DNA of 64,000 nt. Origin: Bispira polyomma (lineage: Eukaryota). The notes beneath the pieces are model-generated. The model worked only from the letters and a program-made list of their open reading frames with translations. It had not been told where the DNA came from and did not search any database. This document shows, one piece after another, positions 38,043 through 50,097 of the stretch. The position numbers and the translations under genes were made by a program. The stretch is taken from positions 30,938,001-31,002,000 of the forward strand of contig OZ287749.1 of the NCBI GenBank assembly GCA_965649765.1, given 5' to 3'. Numbering within the stretch: the stretch's first letter is position 1; each line of letters starts with the position of its first letter.

Positions 38043-39526
38043 AAGGTCAAGAGAAATGACCAATCTTAACTCAATTAAGTTCACCTCAGGCTAAGGTCAC
38101 CATAAACTGACCTCTGCTAAAACTATGTTCAAGTTTAGGTCACCTTAAGTGACCCCTCTTTTACTAGTTAAGGTGGCCCTATTTCTGTCTGTACATAGTA
38201 GCAGATTAGCTAACATAGAATAAAATTTTAATATTTCCCATCTGGGATCTTTTATTTGTCTTCAACTCACATCCACAATAAGAGGCACTGTGCAAGGTAG
38301 CAGAAGGGGCTACCAAGATCAGTGCTTCTATAATTTCACTAGCATGTATCCCTTGACCAATTGACCTCAAATTGCCCTCATTAATCTCAATTTGCCGCCA
38401 AAAACCCTAATTGCCTCACTTGAAAAACTGAAACTGAAGTGGCTAGACGCCATCTTAAAAAATATAACAAAAATACCCTCCACCTCCCCCTCTTTTCTCC
38501 CCCTAGGTTTACTCACCTGTGGAGGACAACATCGTCACGAAGGACTACAGTTTACATACTATCTATTTACTAATGTATCATTTATGTGTTAAAACGTGGT
38601 ATAATGTACTGCGTGAAATATGTGTACATAGTTGATATAGAAACTAACCAGTAGAATGTAGTTTCAGACACCTGGCTCTCCCAAGTGATCCAAGCTATCA
38701 AACAGAAACAAGCAAACACAGAACCTGTCAAGCCTATGGATCTCTGACAAGCCAGCTTCCAAGAATGAACTGTATCATAGTGTTTTAATGTAACCGGTGT
38801 TTACTGGAAGTTATCCAAATATGCAACAGTGGTAACCATGATGTTTTTATGTGAAGGGTCTGTGGCGTGTACATAGGCATTTAAGGTTTTAAGTGAAATA
38901 AGTGCAGCTGAAGCATGAACTGTTGATATATTGCGACCTAAGCTAGGTATAGGGTGAGCTAGTACATCTAGGTTACTACCAATTACGATGACGCAAATGG
39001 GTCTTTTATGGGTCTATTTTCTCAGTTGTAAAGTAACAAGTTATCATATATTTTATACTAAACTTTTACATCTATATCTTTAGGGCCACCTTATAGTTAT
39101 ATTACATTTTATCTTATCTCTTTTACGTAAACATTGTATACTCAATTATAAATTTTATATGTACTTGTATTTAACTTAACTTGAAAAGGTTATAACTTTG
39201 GCAGAGTTGACTTGCAATAAGGCCACTACAAGTGACCACAAAGGTTTACAGAACATACTAACTTAAACCTAAGGTCAACCCAAATGACCAAACCTGTGAG
39301 ATAACTCAATTTAAGTTCACCTCAGGCTAAGGTCACCATAAACTGACCTCTGCCAAGACTATGTTCAAGTTTAGGTCACCTTAAGTGACCCCTCTTTCAC
39401 TAGTTAAGGTGGCCCTATTTCTGTCTGTACATAGTAGTAGATTAGCTAACATAGAATAAAATTTTAATATTTCCGATCTGGGATCTTTTATTTGTCTTCA
39501 ACTCACATCCACAATAAGAGGCACTA
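38043..39526 (+). mobile_element. ORF-less YR retroelement segment (partial B1 | A - U - B2) related to element 2
   Basis: 38043-38290 repeats 39270-39526. 38291-38475 resembles 13405-13605 and 39070-39526 resembles 18175-18683. Junction gaggcactg|tgcaaggtagc at 38290/38291. Confidence 0.85.
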
Positions 39527-39796
39527 GATACAAATCTGTTCAAAATTTTATATTGAAAGTTTTGGAGTCCAGGTTCCTGACAAATAATTTTAGGTAAATC
39601 AAATATACTTGACCAATATAAGGACTCTGGAAAGGATAGTTTTCAACCTATTTGTTAACTGCAGGTGGATAGTTATCGGAATAAGGTAAATGTTAATATA
39701 TGTCCTTATTTTTTAAGTTTATTATGTTCTTGTGTATGTGTGGGACATCATAGAAGGGTAAGTTTTTAAGGATTGATATTTCTGTTTATGATGTTC
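39527..39796 (+). repeat. 270-bp direct repeat X2
   Basis: Near-identical to 37773-38042. Confidence 0.9.
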
Positions 39797-39859
39797 TTTC
39801 ATTCTTTTGAAATTGCACTTATTAAGGAGTTGTAAAGTAAAGTGGGGACCTGGCAACTG

Positions 39860-41343
39860 CATTTTGAACTACTGGTACAGGGCAACTTTTTTATAGAAAT
39901 CATTTAAGGGCAAAAACTGTGATGAATTTTGAGAATCTACTTTATGAAGGAATATATTAGGACTTTTTACACCAAACATCTTCAAAGTAGGATATCGCCA
40001 TTTATTTAAACCATTTTGGGTAATGACTCCTCTTTTTTGATCAATCGATAACTGATTGTTTTCCAATGACCATTAAAAGCTGTTAAAGACAATTTTGTTC
40101 ATTTTACTCCATTAGCACGTGATTAGCCCATGTGTTGTATTTAAACATTTTGTACATTTAGAGTTTATAGTTTTGTTTTTCACGGTTTAAGAAATACTTG
40201 GAATTTTTCTCGTTTGCTTCTAGGAATTGAACTCTGGACCTTGCAATGCGACCTTTAGCTCGTACCCTATAGATATCATTCAATGATGATTTTATTTTGG
40301 AGTAAAGATCTAGTAATTTAGGTGAAGGGCTCTCACATAATTTAGTCTGTATATCATGCAGTTTAGCCAATAAAATATTTTCAAAGTTTCTTTCCTCTTT
40401 TGCCTTGAAAGAAGAAAAAGATATTGTGACACCATGTATTCTACATTTAACATAATCCCAGAATAATGCTTTATTAGTAAATGTAACACCTTCGTCACTA
40501 AGCTCTTCCAGTTTAGCATTTATTTTTTTCAATGTATTGTCTGTTTAGTTATAGACTGAGATTAAATTTATAAAAACCTCTACCTCTGACCCAATCTGAG
40601 AATTCATTAAAATTTACATGTGTCAGACTGTGATCGGATTTTATGCTAAAATATATGAAAGATTTCATGTTTTGAAATTGTAATTCCTGTGATATGAAAA
40701 ACATGTCCAAACGTAAATGAACCCAGCCACCTCAGCCTTTATTTCACCAAGTATACCTGTAAGTATCAGGATGTTGAACACGGTATATTTCGTATAGGTA
40801 AAACTTGTACAAGATATTGTTTAACAGATCAGAATATTTAGAGGTTGTTTCAAAAGCACCACCCTTTTTATTTATTTTAGGATCTAAGGAGGTATTAAAG
40901 TCTCCTCCTAGAATTATCTCTTTTTACCCATATACTGCAGTAAGTTATTTTTTATAAAGGTTAAAAATTGTTTCTGTTCTTGTAAATTGTTCTTTGTTAG
41001 GGCATATATATTAACAAGTACTATATCAGTGTCATTAATTGATATATATAGTAATAAAAATCTGCTACTGTCATCAGTAATTTGGTCAATAACTTTAGGA
41101 TTATAGTTGTTAGGGATCAGGGTACATACACCTCTAGCATTACTGGTGCCATGGCTGAACCATACATTATAAATTTTTAAATCTTTTTTCCAGTTAACTT
41201 CTTTTTCATTACTGGAGTGGGTTTCTTGGAAAAAATTTATACCTTTATAATTGTCTTGTAGCCATTGTATAACTGAATGGCGTTAGTGATAGTTATTTAA
41301 TCCATTAGTGTTCAAGACCTTTAGGTTATTTTTATTAGTCATA
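39860..41343 (-). mobile_element. L1/Tx1-clade LINE ORF2 fragment (APE endonuclease and linker), decayed
   Basis: NTNGLN, QETHS, SHGTSNARGV, NIYA, ILGGDFN, SDHS; WDYVKCRIHGVTISFS; RSRVQFLEANEKNSKYFLNREK; QKRGVIT. Confidence 0.85.
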
Positions 41344-41493
41344 TTCATTCAAGAGAGTTTCGAAAAATAACAGTTGGAGAAAATGTGTCCTTGACACTGT
41401 TGTCAGGTTGCAATTAAACATAATTGTCACTATTGGAATGTGTTAAGTGACAAACTGTGACAATGTTGTGATCATCACTCTTTGAAGTGGAGG

Positions 41494-41745
41494 GGGCCGC
41501 GGTGGCCTAGTGGTTAGCAAGCATTGCGCTTCACAATCACTGGTCTCTCACCTCTGGGCGGCGTGAGTTCGAATCCTGTCGCTGCCTATGTGGGAAAGGT
41601 GGTAGTTCCTTACCGTGGGCTGCTGGTTTCAGTGCAGAACCTTGATCAACTGTATGCAGTGTTTCCTCCAGCGTTTCCAAACACCCTTCCCAATATAACC
41701 TAAACAGGTACTAGAGTGGACGTTAAATATCCAAATTAAAAAAAA
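41494..41745 (+). mobile_element. tRNA-derived SINE, near full length
   Basis: A box tggcctagtgg, B box gttcgaatcc, central tatgtgggaaag...ggtttc, 3' gacgttaaatatccaa plus A-tail. Confidence 0.8.
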
Positions 41746-42250
41746 AATAAATATTTGAAACGGAAACTTTAGCTGCAGCTAAACTTATAACTGTCAGACC
41801 TATTTTATTTAAATTTCTGCACATTGTATACCAGTGAGGTGCTGTAAAACCAATTTCCCAGTACAAGAAAATTGCCCTGCTGCTAGACTGTTTTTTAAAG
41901 AATGGAGTATGCATAATTATCACTCTTGGAAGCGGAAACTTCACCAGCCAAACTTATAATTGTCAGACCCATTTTGTTAAAAGTTTCACTTTTTTGTACT
42001 TCTGGCACCAGAAACTGATCTGACCCTAATTAGGGCATTAGGAGAACAGAATATTGTGGAAAACTGCCGCTGTATAACTGATAGCCTAATACTGTTTTAG
42101 ATAGAGCCAGAAAAAGGTAGTTAAGAAGCAGTGTTGACTTGTATTAAAGTACCGACATTGTGACTGATGACATTTATTTTAACCCAAAACACATTAAAAA
42201 GTAATCACTTTTGAAACATGCCCCCTTTGATCAGTTTTAGTTCCATCAGT

Positions 42251-43142
42251 TGATGTCACTGCTAGCATAGCATGACAAGTCAGTGGCAAAAATTCCATAC
42301 TTTACTGTAAACCCTCTCTTAAAATTGTTTACTTGGCTACCCCAATTAAACATCAGCACACTTAGGCTAAGCGACCAATTACCTTCCTTCATAGCATAGC
42401 TCTTCCCGCCTGTTCTTACAAATTTACCATTATTAAGTTGCAAGTCAAAGAAGCAACATACACATTTTTCTCCCAACTCTTCGCCCTAAAACATTATACT
42501 TTCCTTGGCTTACCACTGCCGTCAAACTCGAGCCTTTCTCTTTGTGGTCTCGAACCTCGGTCCGTGTGGTGCTGGTTCTCGGCTCGCACCTTCCCCCTGG
42601 TGTGGGCTACCAGGGAATTCAGCTCTGCAGCCGAGAACCTTCACTGCTAGGCGATTAGGTGCCATAGGACCGGGGTTCCATCCCCAGAGTGGCTTTCGTT
42701 GGAGGCGTTGGTCAGCCGAGCCATTATATTATATTTTGCATGCTCACGTAGATTCTAGATACACTCACCTTCAGTAGATCTATTCTACTTTAGCACTTCT
42801 TAACTCAGTCATCCTGGGTATTATCACTTATTTCCTTCTTAAAAGATCTTAGTTTTTACTTTGTTCAGTCATCCTGAACATTTCTTACTTTATGTTTTTC
42901 TCTTTTCAGGGGCCGTTTATGACCCCTCCTTTTTATTCTTGTTATTGTATGTAGCCATATTGGCATTTTAAAATTTTACACAAATTTTACTTGTATAGTT
43001 GTACATAGAGACAGTAGATAGAAAATAAATATATCCCAAACAGCAACTGGTTTCCTCACCATCTATACTTACCTTTACCTATTCTTTGGTCAAGCTCCTT
43101 AACTTATTAACACTAACTTCTATCACCCAATTTTAGCTACTG
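42251..43142 (+). mobile_element. non-autonomous YR-type mini-element with structured non-coding interior
   Basis: Starts TG, inner hairpin tgtca-c-tgcta-gca-tagca-tgaca, arm cagtggcaaaaatt (42281) complementary to terminus aattttagctactg (43129-43142). 3' region shares gtatagttgtacatag and tattggcat..taaaattt with the element at 59186. Confidence 0.7.
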
Positions 43143-43879
43143 AAATGTCTCTCACCTTGGATTTCCCGGAAAGCCAGACAAATAGAGGCCTCCTAGATGA
43201 CATTTAGTATACACAATAAGAATAGTATGTTTTGAACTCGCAAACAAAAAACGAAAACCTATCTTCTTATGCAACTGCTCAGTTTCATAGATGTTGTAAA
43301 TTACAGAAGTTAAAGGTTTGGGTAAAGAACTCTCGGGCTCCAGTTCTTTTTAATTTTCAAATCTATTTTGTGATTAAAGTAACTAAAATAATTCATATAA
43401 TATTTTTTTTTTACTCCAAGAAATTCTTTTTAATTATTTAAATTTTCTCGTGATTACCATTTTATGATATCAGAGTAATGTTACTTTGTTTGCTTTGATA
43501 GGTTAACTGTTTTAAAGATTAAACTAAATAAATGTACAAAAATTTGATAATTTTGCAACAGCAGTGTATGCATATTTGATGTAATATGTTTAAGTAAGGA
43601 GATGAGTGACACTTGTTTTATTTTACCCACGTCATTTTCTACTATTCGATGCTGGAGGGATATACTAAACACCTAATTATTTTGCTTGCCTCGACCAATT
43701 CCTAATTATCACCCATACTTCCTGTTTAACAAATTGAAAGCAAGGTAAAATCTAAATTTTGCATACTGAAATTGACACTGTCCTGCAGTTAATACAGCTG
43801 GACAGTAAATACCCAGTAAAGACTTTGTAATTAGCTCTCCATTAACACCTTTGATTCGTGTTAGCTGTGTGGGGCTGCA

Positions 43880-44075
43880 GTGGCCTGCTTTACAACCACT
43901 AGCTTCTCTTGGTTTGAATCCCGTTTGTTCCTTCATGTAAGAAAGATTGTCGGGTGCTTGCCGTAATTTGTGTTTTTTTACAGTGCTTCAGTACTGGTTT
44001 CTTTAACCAATAAATCTGGCCATTGTGACAGGATCTTAGCTGTTGAAAGCGATGTAAAACCCAACTAAATTTAAA
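43880..44075 (+). mobile_element. tRNA-derived SINE
   Basis: ggtttgaatcc B box; 3' gctgttgaaagcgatgtaaaacccaactaaat shared with 45745-45778. Confidence 0.7.
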
Positions 44076-44129
44076 TTCATGTAATTAAGCTCTGCACAAT
44101 AATTGACATAACTAAGGCCTAATTTGTGT

Positions 44130-44360
44130 TCTCCAGTGGTCTAGTGGTTAGAGAGTTGGTCTGGTGAGCATAAGCTCTCATGTTCTACTCCCACTGGGGG
44201 GGAGTTGGTCTGGTGATCAGAAGGTCCCTGGTTCAACTATTCTTTATGCCACCAAGTTCAGTGGTGAGATAACATCCTTGGGCAAGATGTGTTATACACA
44301 GAGGTTGTCTTGACAAATATGGACGACACTTATGTTATTATGTTAACCTAAACGCCAACA
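44130..44360 (+). mobile_element. tRNA-derived SINE with CORE-like segment
   Basis: gtggtctagtggttaga head (partly duplicated), ggttcaact B box, tccttgggcaag CORE-like motif. Confidence 0.55.
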
Positions 44361-44516
44361 GGTTCACAGAAAATTGTTTACTTTAAGGGGTGTTTTATAT
44401 GATAGAATTCCAATATAAACTCTGAAATAGATTAAACAAAGAATATTTTTCAGAGTGAGTCCATGAGGAATCCCATCATTCATATGAGATATAATTCAGA
44501 TAACCAGCATCACTAG

Positions 44517-45493
44517 TGTGGCGACCTTCAGTATAGTCTCAAGTTCAAAATATAAACAGCTGCATCTGAATGTTCAACTGATCTAACTTCGCGTTGTGTT
44601 CAAAGTAATAGTGACCAGTCACTGACCACGACTAAGGTTCCCATAGTATAACAAGAACCTCTTACGATCACGCTTGGTATGAAATGAACACTTGTCTGTA
44701 TTTCTGGATACTTAATAAAAGATTAAAAGACTAATTATAGAGTTAAAATATATCTTCTTTTATTTAAAGACTCATTTTATAACTTCATTACATGTTTTTA
44801 CAATTGAGCAGAGTTCTCATAACTCACCAGTTTTAATACACTATTGGATTATATTTAAGACACAAAGAAACATTAACTGAACCCATCAAACTAGCTAGTA
44901 CTGGGATGCCATTCACCTAACTTAATGGTGGCCCCTAAAAGTGCCAGTGCACTGATGCAGGTTCCACCAAACCATAGTGTGAACTGACCTCCCAGTATCT
45001 TCTGTAAGTACAGGGCTAAGTATAATTAATATTTACCATATTTTACTGCGGCAAAAAGAGCTTCCAGTATATATTTCCTGGTATACTGTTTGTTTACCAG
45101 TTATACTAGAACACACTCTAGACCACCCTCTCCTCCTGCAAAAACCCACTTGTTTATATACACAATTACAGTGCTTCCCGGTGAATCTCCGGATATTCTT
45201 ATGAAGACCTTGCACCTGTTTACTAATATAACATTTACATTTAATATGAATTTGACTGTATACATTTGCTAGCTTATAATTATAACACACTAAATATGCA
45301 AGTTTAAAGACAAATTGACCCACAGTAGAAGTCTTACATTACATTAAACATTTTAAGATGACCTTAAATTATTGACCAACTTTGCTAAGTTATGTATATT
45401 ATATACAAAGGCAGTGAGCGGAAAAACCACCGCAAACACTGACAGCAGTAAAAGAAGGGAATTGATATAGCCTTTCTGTGGCGGGTCGTTTCA
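44517..45493 (-). repeat. 3' LTR
   Basis: About 13 substitutions versus 51580-52556 (counted by eye). Confidence 0.97.
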
Positions 45494-45513
45494 ATATTCC
45501 ACCCCCATCTTAC
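45494..45513 (-). promoter_or_regulatory. polypurine tract
   Basis: gtaagatgggggtggaatat immediately before the 3' LTR. Confidence 0.8.
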
Positions 45514-45569
45514 AAATGTTATGTCCCCATAACATGTCCCCATAGTATGCAACACACACTAACGCTATT

Positions 45570-45780
45570 TGGGGAGGTCTGGTGGTTAGAAGCCAATAAT
45601 CTTTGGTGTGCCACCAATGCGGGTTTGAATCCTATTCACTCCCTCATGTGGGAAACCCTGTCAGGCACCCGATGTAGGTCGGTGGTAACAGTGCTTCAAA
45701 CTGGTTACTCTAACCATCAAATCCGGCCATCATGATATGCACCAAGCTGTTGAAAGCGATGTAAACCTCAACTAAATACA
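45570..45780 (+). mobile_element. SINE inside the Gypsy 3' non-coding region
   Basis: gggtttgaatcc B box, catgtgggaa...ggtcggtggt centre, same tail as 44040-44070. Confidence 0.75.
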
Positions 45781-46293
45781 TATTCTAGGGTTATTGTTAC
45801 TCTGGCAACAACTGATTATAACAATAATAGAATTCCAATAAACTCATTGCAACAGACAGTATAAAAGTACAAAAACGTGAAAACATATGAATATGGTAAC
45901 GTGAGGTACTTTCGTTATTTACATAAAAGTATAACAAATATAGATCAAAACATATTCATATAGCAATGCTAAATTAATACAGAAAACAAGTAAAAAGTAT
46001 AAAAATAAAGCTAACTGTTGACAACATTGTGGCTTGAGCACATAAAAACACAATCTGTAAAATGGTGCACCTTGAATACAATAATCTCAATTTAATAAAA
46101 AAACATACTGGAATATCAAGTTGTATTTGGCTATACACTACAACATAAGTGATAGCACTAATGGTGTCCTATAGCAGACTCTACATTAACTCGACTGAAG
46201 AAAATAACCTGATACATTACATTTAAGAAACTACACCAGCAACAAAATCATTATTTCCCTTAACATTTTAGAATTTCCCTTATCATTTTATAA

Positions 46294-47088
46294 TTAGTTA
46301 TACTCATACTCTACGTAGTCCAAAAACTGTTGCTGCTGTAAAATCTTTGACTTTTCCTGTGAGCGTCTTATCTTTGCCTCCGACTCTTTTCTTAGTTGAC
46401 GCTCTTCCTGAAGCTATTGTTTTAAGTCTTTAATGGCTGCCTCAGCCTTCTCCCGATCGAAACGATTGAGTGCGTGCCTCGCCTTCTCTCTCTCTTCTAT
46501 CCAAAATTTTGCCTTGGCCTCAGCTTTTAAAACATTCTTTAACAGAATGTCTCTTGATGTAGAGAGACCTTCATGGTGGTCAATAAGTGGCTCTTGGAGT
46601 TGAGGTGCAGAGGTAGTTGCAGTCTCAATCTGAGTCCTGAGTGGTAGAGCTTTGGGTGTAAGGACGAGCTGGCTTCTCGTCTCTGGTACACTTACTTCTC
46701 TCCTGCGGTACCCAGCTGGTGGACATTTTACCCCAGGGTTGACATAAAAGCGGTTCTTACGCTTTGAGGGAACGGCCTTAGATTCCTGCTGATGCTTTTG
46801 CAGCGAATGCCTCTTGACATCAGCCGACCGTTTGAATACTTTTGTGCAGGATGCACATTCAAATAAGATCACTTCATTTTCATGGACTTCTGCCCAGTGA
46901 CGCATCAGCGCAAAGGGCTTCGAGAATGTTTTGCCACTGCAGTCGCCCACTGGACATTGCAGTTTAACATTCTCTTGGCCCTCTGCCTCGTCCATCTTTT
47001 TCTCTTCAGGAACTTCCTGCCATTCATCATTCTCTTCCATTTCTCTCAAATTTCTTTCCAGCTCAGTGAAGAGGTCTATTTCCTCTGC
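46294..47088 (-). CDS. Gypsy ORF3: acidic N-terminus, two C2H2 zinc fingers, coiled coil (one premature TAG at 46414-46416)
   Basis: CPVGDC..FSKPFALMRHWAEVH and CASC..FKRSADVKRHSLQKH. Frame continues past the stop (LQEERQLRKESEAKIRR) to 46294. In-frame acceptor ttttag| at 47089. Confidence 0.8.
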
Positions 47089-47178
47089 CTAAAATATATA
47101 ATATTGACACTTGTTTAATTATATGTGACCACCATGTTTTATTTGTCTATTTAATTTAGAACTTAACATGGAATATCA

Positions 47179-50090
47179 CTACATTTGAACTTGAACACCT
47201 GCTTCTTTATTTCTGGATTCTAACCAGCTGACAGGAGTTTCATGATCATAGCTCTTAATGTGGTCTACATTTAGCGTAATAACTCTAGACTCAGGCCTTT
47301 CCTGAACCCGGTAATTCAGATCACCCAGTTTCCCAACAACTAGATATGGTCCTTTCCAAGCCCTACCAAACTTTAGTCTACCACTTGGGAGATGACAGAC
47401 CCAAACCCAATCTCCCACCTTAAACTTACGGATCTCAGAGTTCCTGTCATATGAGCGTTTTTGCCTCAGGGCACTTGCTTTGACAGCTTCTCTCACTTTC
47501 TCAAAAGCATTAGTCATTGTAAGTCTGATCCACTCAACATACTCAATTGGACACTGGGGAACTTCCCCCATGTTACTGGATCCATACATGAGATCTATTG
47601 GAAGGTTTATCTCTCTGCCAAACATTAGAAGGTTGGGTGTACTTTGTGTGCTTTCATGGACTGATGCTCTGTATGCCATCATGACATAAGGCAAATGATC
47701 ATCCCAGTCCGGTTCACAAGAACAAAAGGATTTAAGCATAGACTTCAAAGTACGATTGTACCGTTCAACAAGGCCATCTGTCTGAGGTCTATAACGTGAA
47801 GTCCTAACTTTTTTCATGTCTAGAAGATTACACATTTCCTGAAAAAGGTGCGACTCAAAATTCCTGCCCTGGTCTGACAAAATCTGCAAAGGTACTCCAT
47901 TTCTACAGATCCATTCTGTGCCTAAAGAGTCAGCTACCGTCTGAGCAGTTTGGTCAGGAACAGCATATGCCTCAACATATTTGGTGTAGTAATCCGATAC
48001 AACTAAGATGTAGTTGTTTTGCCATCAAGTTTCAGGAAGTGGCCCTAAGATATCACAAGCTATTTTCTCCATAGGAGCAGAAACAAAGTCCTGCTTAAGA
48101 GGAGCCCTTTTAGGCATATGACCTGCCTTGTGGCTGCTACACACCTTACATTTCTTGCACCATTGTACGATATCTTTCTTGTACCCTGGCCAGTAAAACC
48201 TTTGTTTCAACTTTCCAAGGGTTTTCCTTATTCCTAAATTACCTGATGTTTTATGGTCATGTAACTGTGTCAATATTTCATGCCTCATTAAACTGGGTAC
48301 CACAAATTGCAATACTGATTCCCTATGGGGTGAACCAGAGAGAAATTTTCTGTACAGCTTTTCATTGTGGATTTCCAGCATGGGCCATTGTGCACACAGT
48401 GTTTTGACCTCAGGACTTTCAGTACTCAGAGTTATTTTACTAGGTTGCTCTTCACCCTTATGTTTTAGCTGAATGACTCGCAGAATGTTTGGGTCACCTA
48501 TCTGATTATGTCCAAGCTCTAATTCTGACCAGCTATCTGCCCAGTTGCACCTTAACCTACCCTTCTTACCAAGCCTCGGCCTGGTACCACTTGAGGTTGC
48601 ATCACTATTATTAATAGTCTCAATACAACTGGGACTCCTACTTAAGGCTGGATCCCGACTAACAGAAGGAGATTTGTCAGTGTCTAAAGCAGAACCACTT
48701 GGTTTTTGAGGACGATGGTCACCCACGCTAGTCGCCATGCTAGCTGACTTTGTCCCCCCAGAGTTAGAATCAGCCTGATCCTGATCTCTATGCTCTTTAG
48801 CTTTGCTTCTAGTTATCACACAAACACAGTGGTCTGTTGATAATGCACAGTCTTCATAGCCACCCCTTTTACATCTTCTGGGTGGTCGTCGCGACAGACC
48901 ATCAGCATTTAAGTGCACTGCCCCCTTACGGTGTTGTGTCTCAAAATCATAGGAACTTAGTACCACTAACCACCTAGCTAACATACCCTCTGGCTCCCTA
49001 AAGTTAACTAACCATCGCAATGAGGAATGGTCTGTCCTTAAGATAAACCTCCTTCCCCATAGATAATGATGAAACTGTTTGATGAGCACAACTGCTGCCA
49101 GCAGTTCTCTCATAGTAACACAATAGTTTTGCTGAGTTTTGCTAAGTGTCTTGCTGGCAAAGCACAAAACCTTTTCTTAGCCATTTTCCTGAATTTGTGA
49201 CAAGACTGCACCTATTCCACAGAGACTAGCATCAGTGTCAAGCACAAATATACCATCTCTGTTTGGATAGGCAAGTACGATTGAGTCACTGCTCAGTTTA
49301 TCCTTTAGCACAGTAAATGCTTCTTCACAGTTTTTGTCCCACACATATTTGACATTTTTCTTTGTTAATGCATGCAGTGGCGATGCAATACTTGAGAATG
49401 ACTGGATAAATTTTCTATAATATGAAGCATAACCGAGGAAACTCCTAACCTGCTTAATGTTCTGGGGCCTTGGCCAATCTCTAATGGCTTCAAGCTTTTC
49501 AGGGTCACAAGACACACCTTCCCTAGACACGATATGTCCTAAGAATGTAACTGATTCCTGAAACAACTTACACTTCGAAGGTTTCAACACTAGTCCTGCC
49601 CTTCTTAACCTCTGGAATACCAATTCAAGATTTTCAAGACTTTCTGGAAAGGATTGTCCAAAAGTTACAATGTCATCTAAGTATAAAACAGCCTTAGACC
49701 ATTGTAACCCACTTAAAACTAACTCCATAAGAGATTGAAACGTTCCAGGAGCATTTGATAAGCCAAACGGAAGAACAGTAAACTGCCTCAACCCCCTCCT
49801 AGAACTAAAAGCCGTTTTACATACATGCTTCTCCGAGGACATCCATTACCTTCCCATTGGCATTTTTCAGTATCAAATTAACCCTTTCCAATGGTGGCCT
49901 GTCACATTCAGGAATGCAGTCATAAAACAGGCTGTCAACTATAGTGTATGTTGACCCAGTATCAACCAAGAATTCTGTCTCCAGTCCCATAACCTCACCT
50001 CCTATATACCAACAAGATGAACTAATAGTTTCAATAATCCCCTCAGATGGCCCCTTATACTTTTCTGCTGAGAATGTGGCCCCATTCTCA
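47179..50090 (-). CDS. pol: Gypsy pol (PR-RT-RNaseH-IN), disrupted
   Basis: FLVDTGST (~49965), PFGLSNAP, YLDDI, LDTDAS, TDHSSL, NADGLSR, DILGPLP, SDQGRNF, DGLVER, WKGPY. Protease joins mid-RT at ~49820. Confidence 0.95.
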
Positions 50091-50097
50091 GTCTCAC

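Noticed and set aside
41494-41580. tRNA genes (also 44130-44240 and 5740-5785)
   Set aside because: A/B boxes are present but there is no cloverleaf, and they continue into SINE bodies.
42504-42720. SRP (7SL) RNA gene
   Set aside because: Rod-like, but no recognisable Alu domain, helix 6/8 GNRA loops or poly-T terminator, and it lies inside a mobile module.
45033-45323. 96-aa ORF duplicated at 52096-52386
   Set aside because: Duplicated only because it lies in the LTR; non-ATG start and no motif.
46414-47049. env gene
   Set aside because: No signal peptide or transmembrane segment; contains C2H2 fingers instead.
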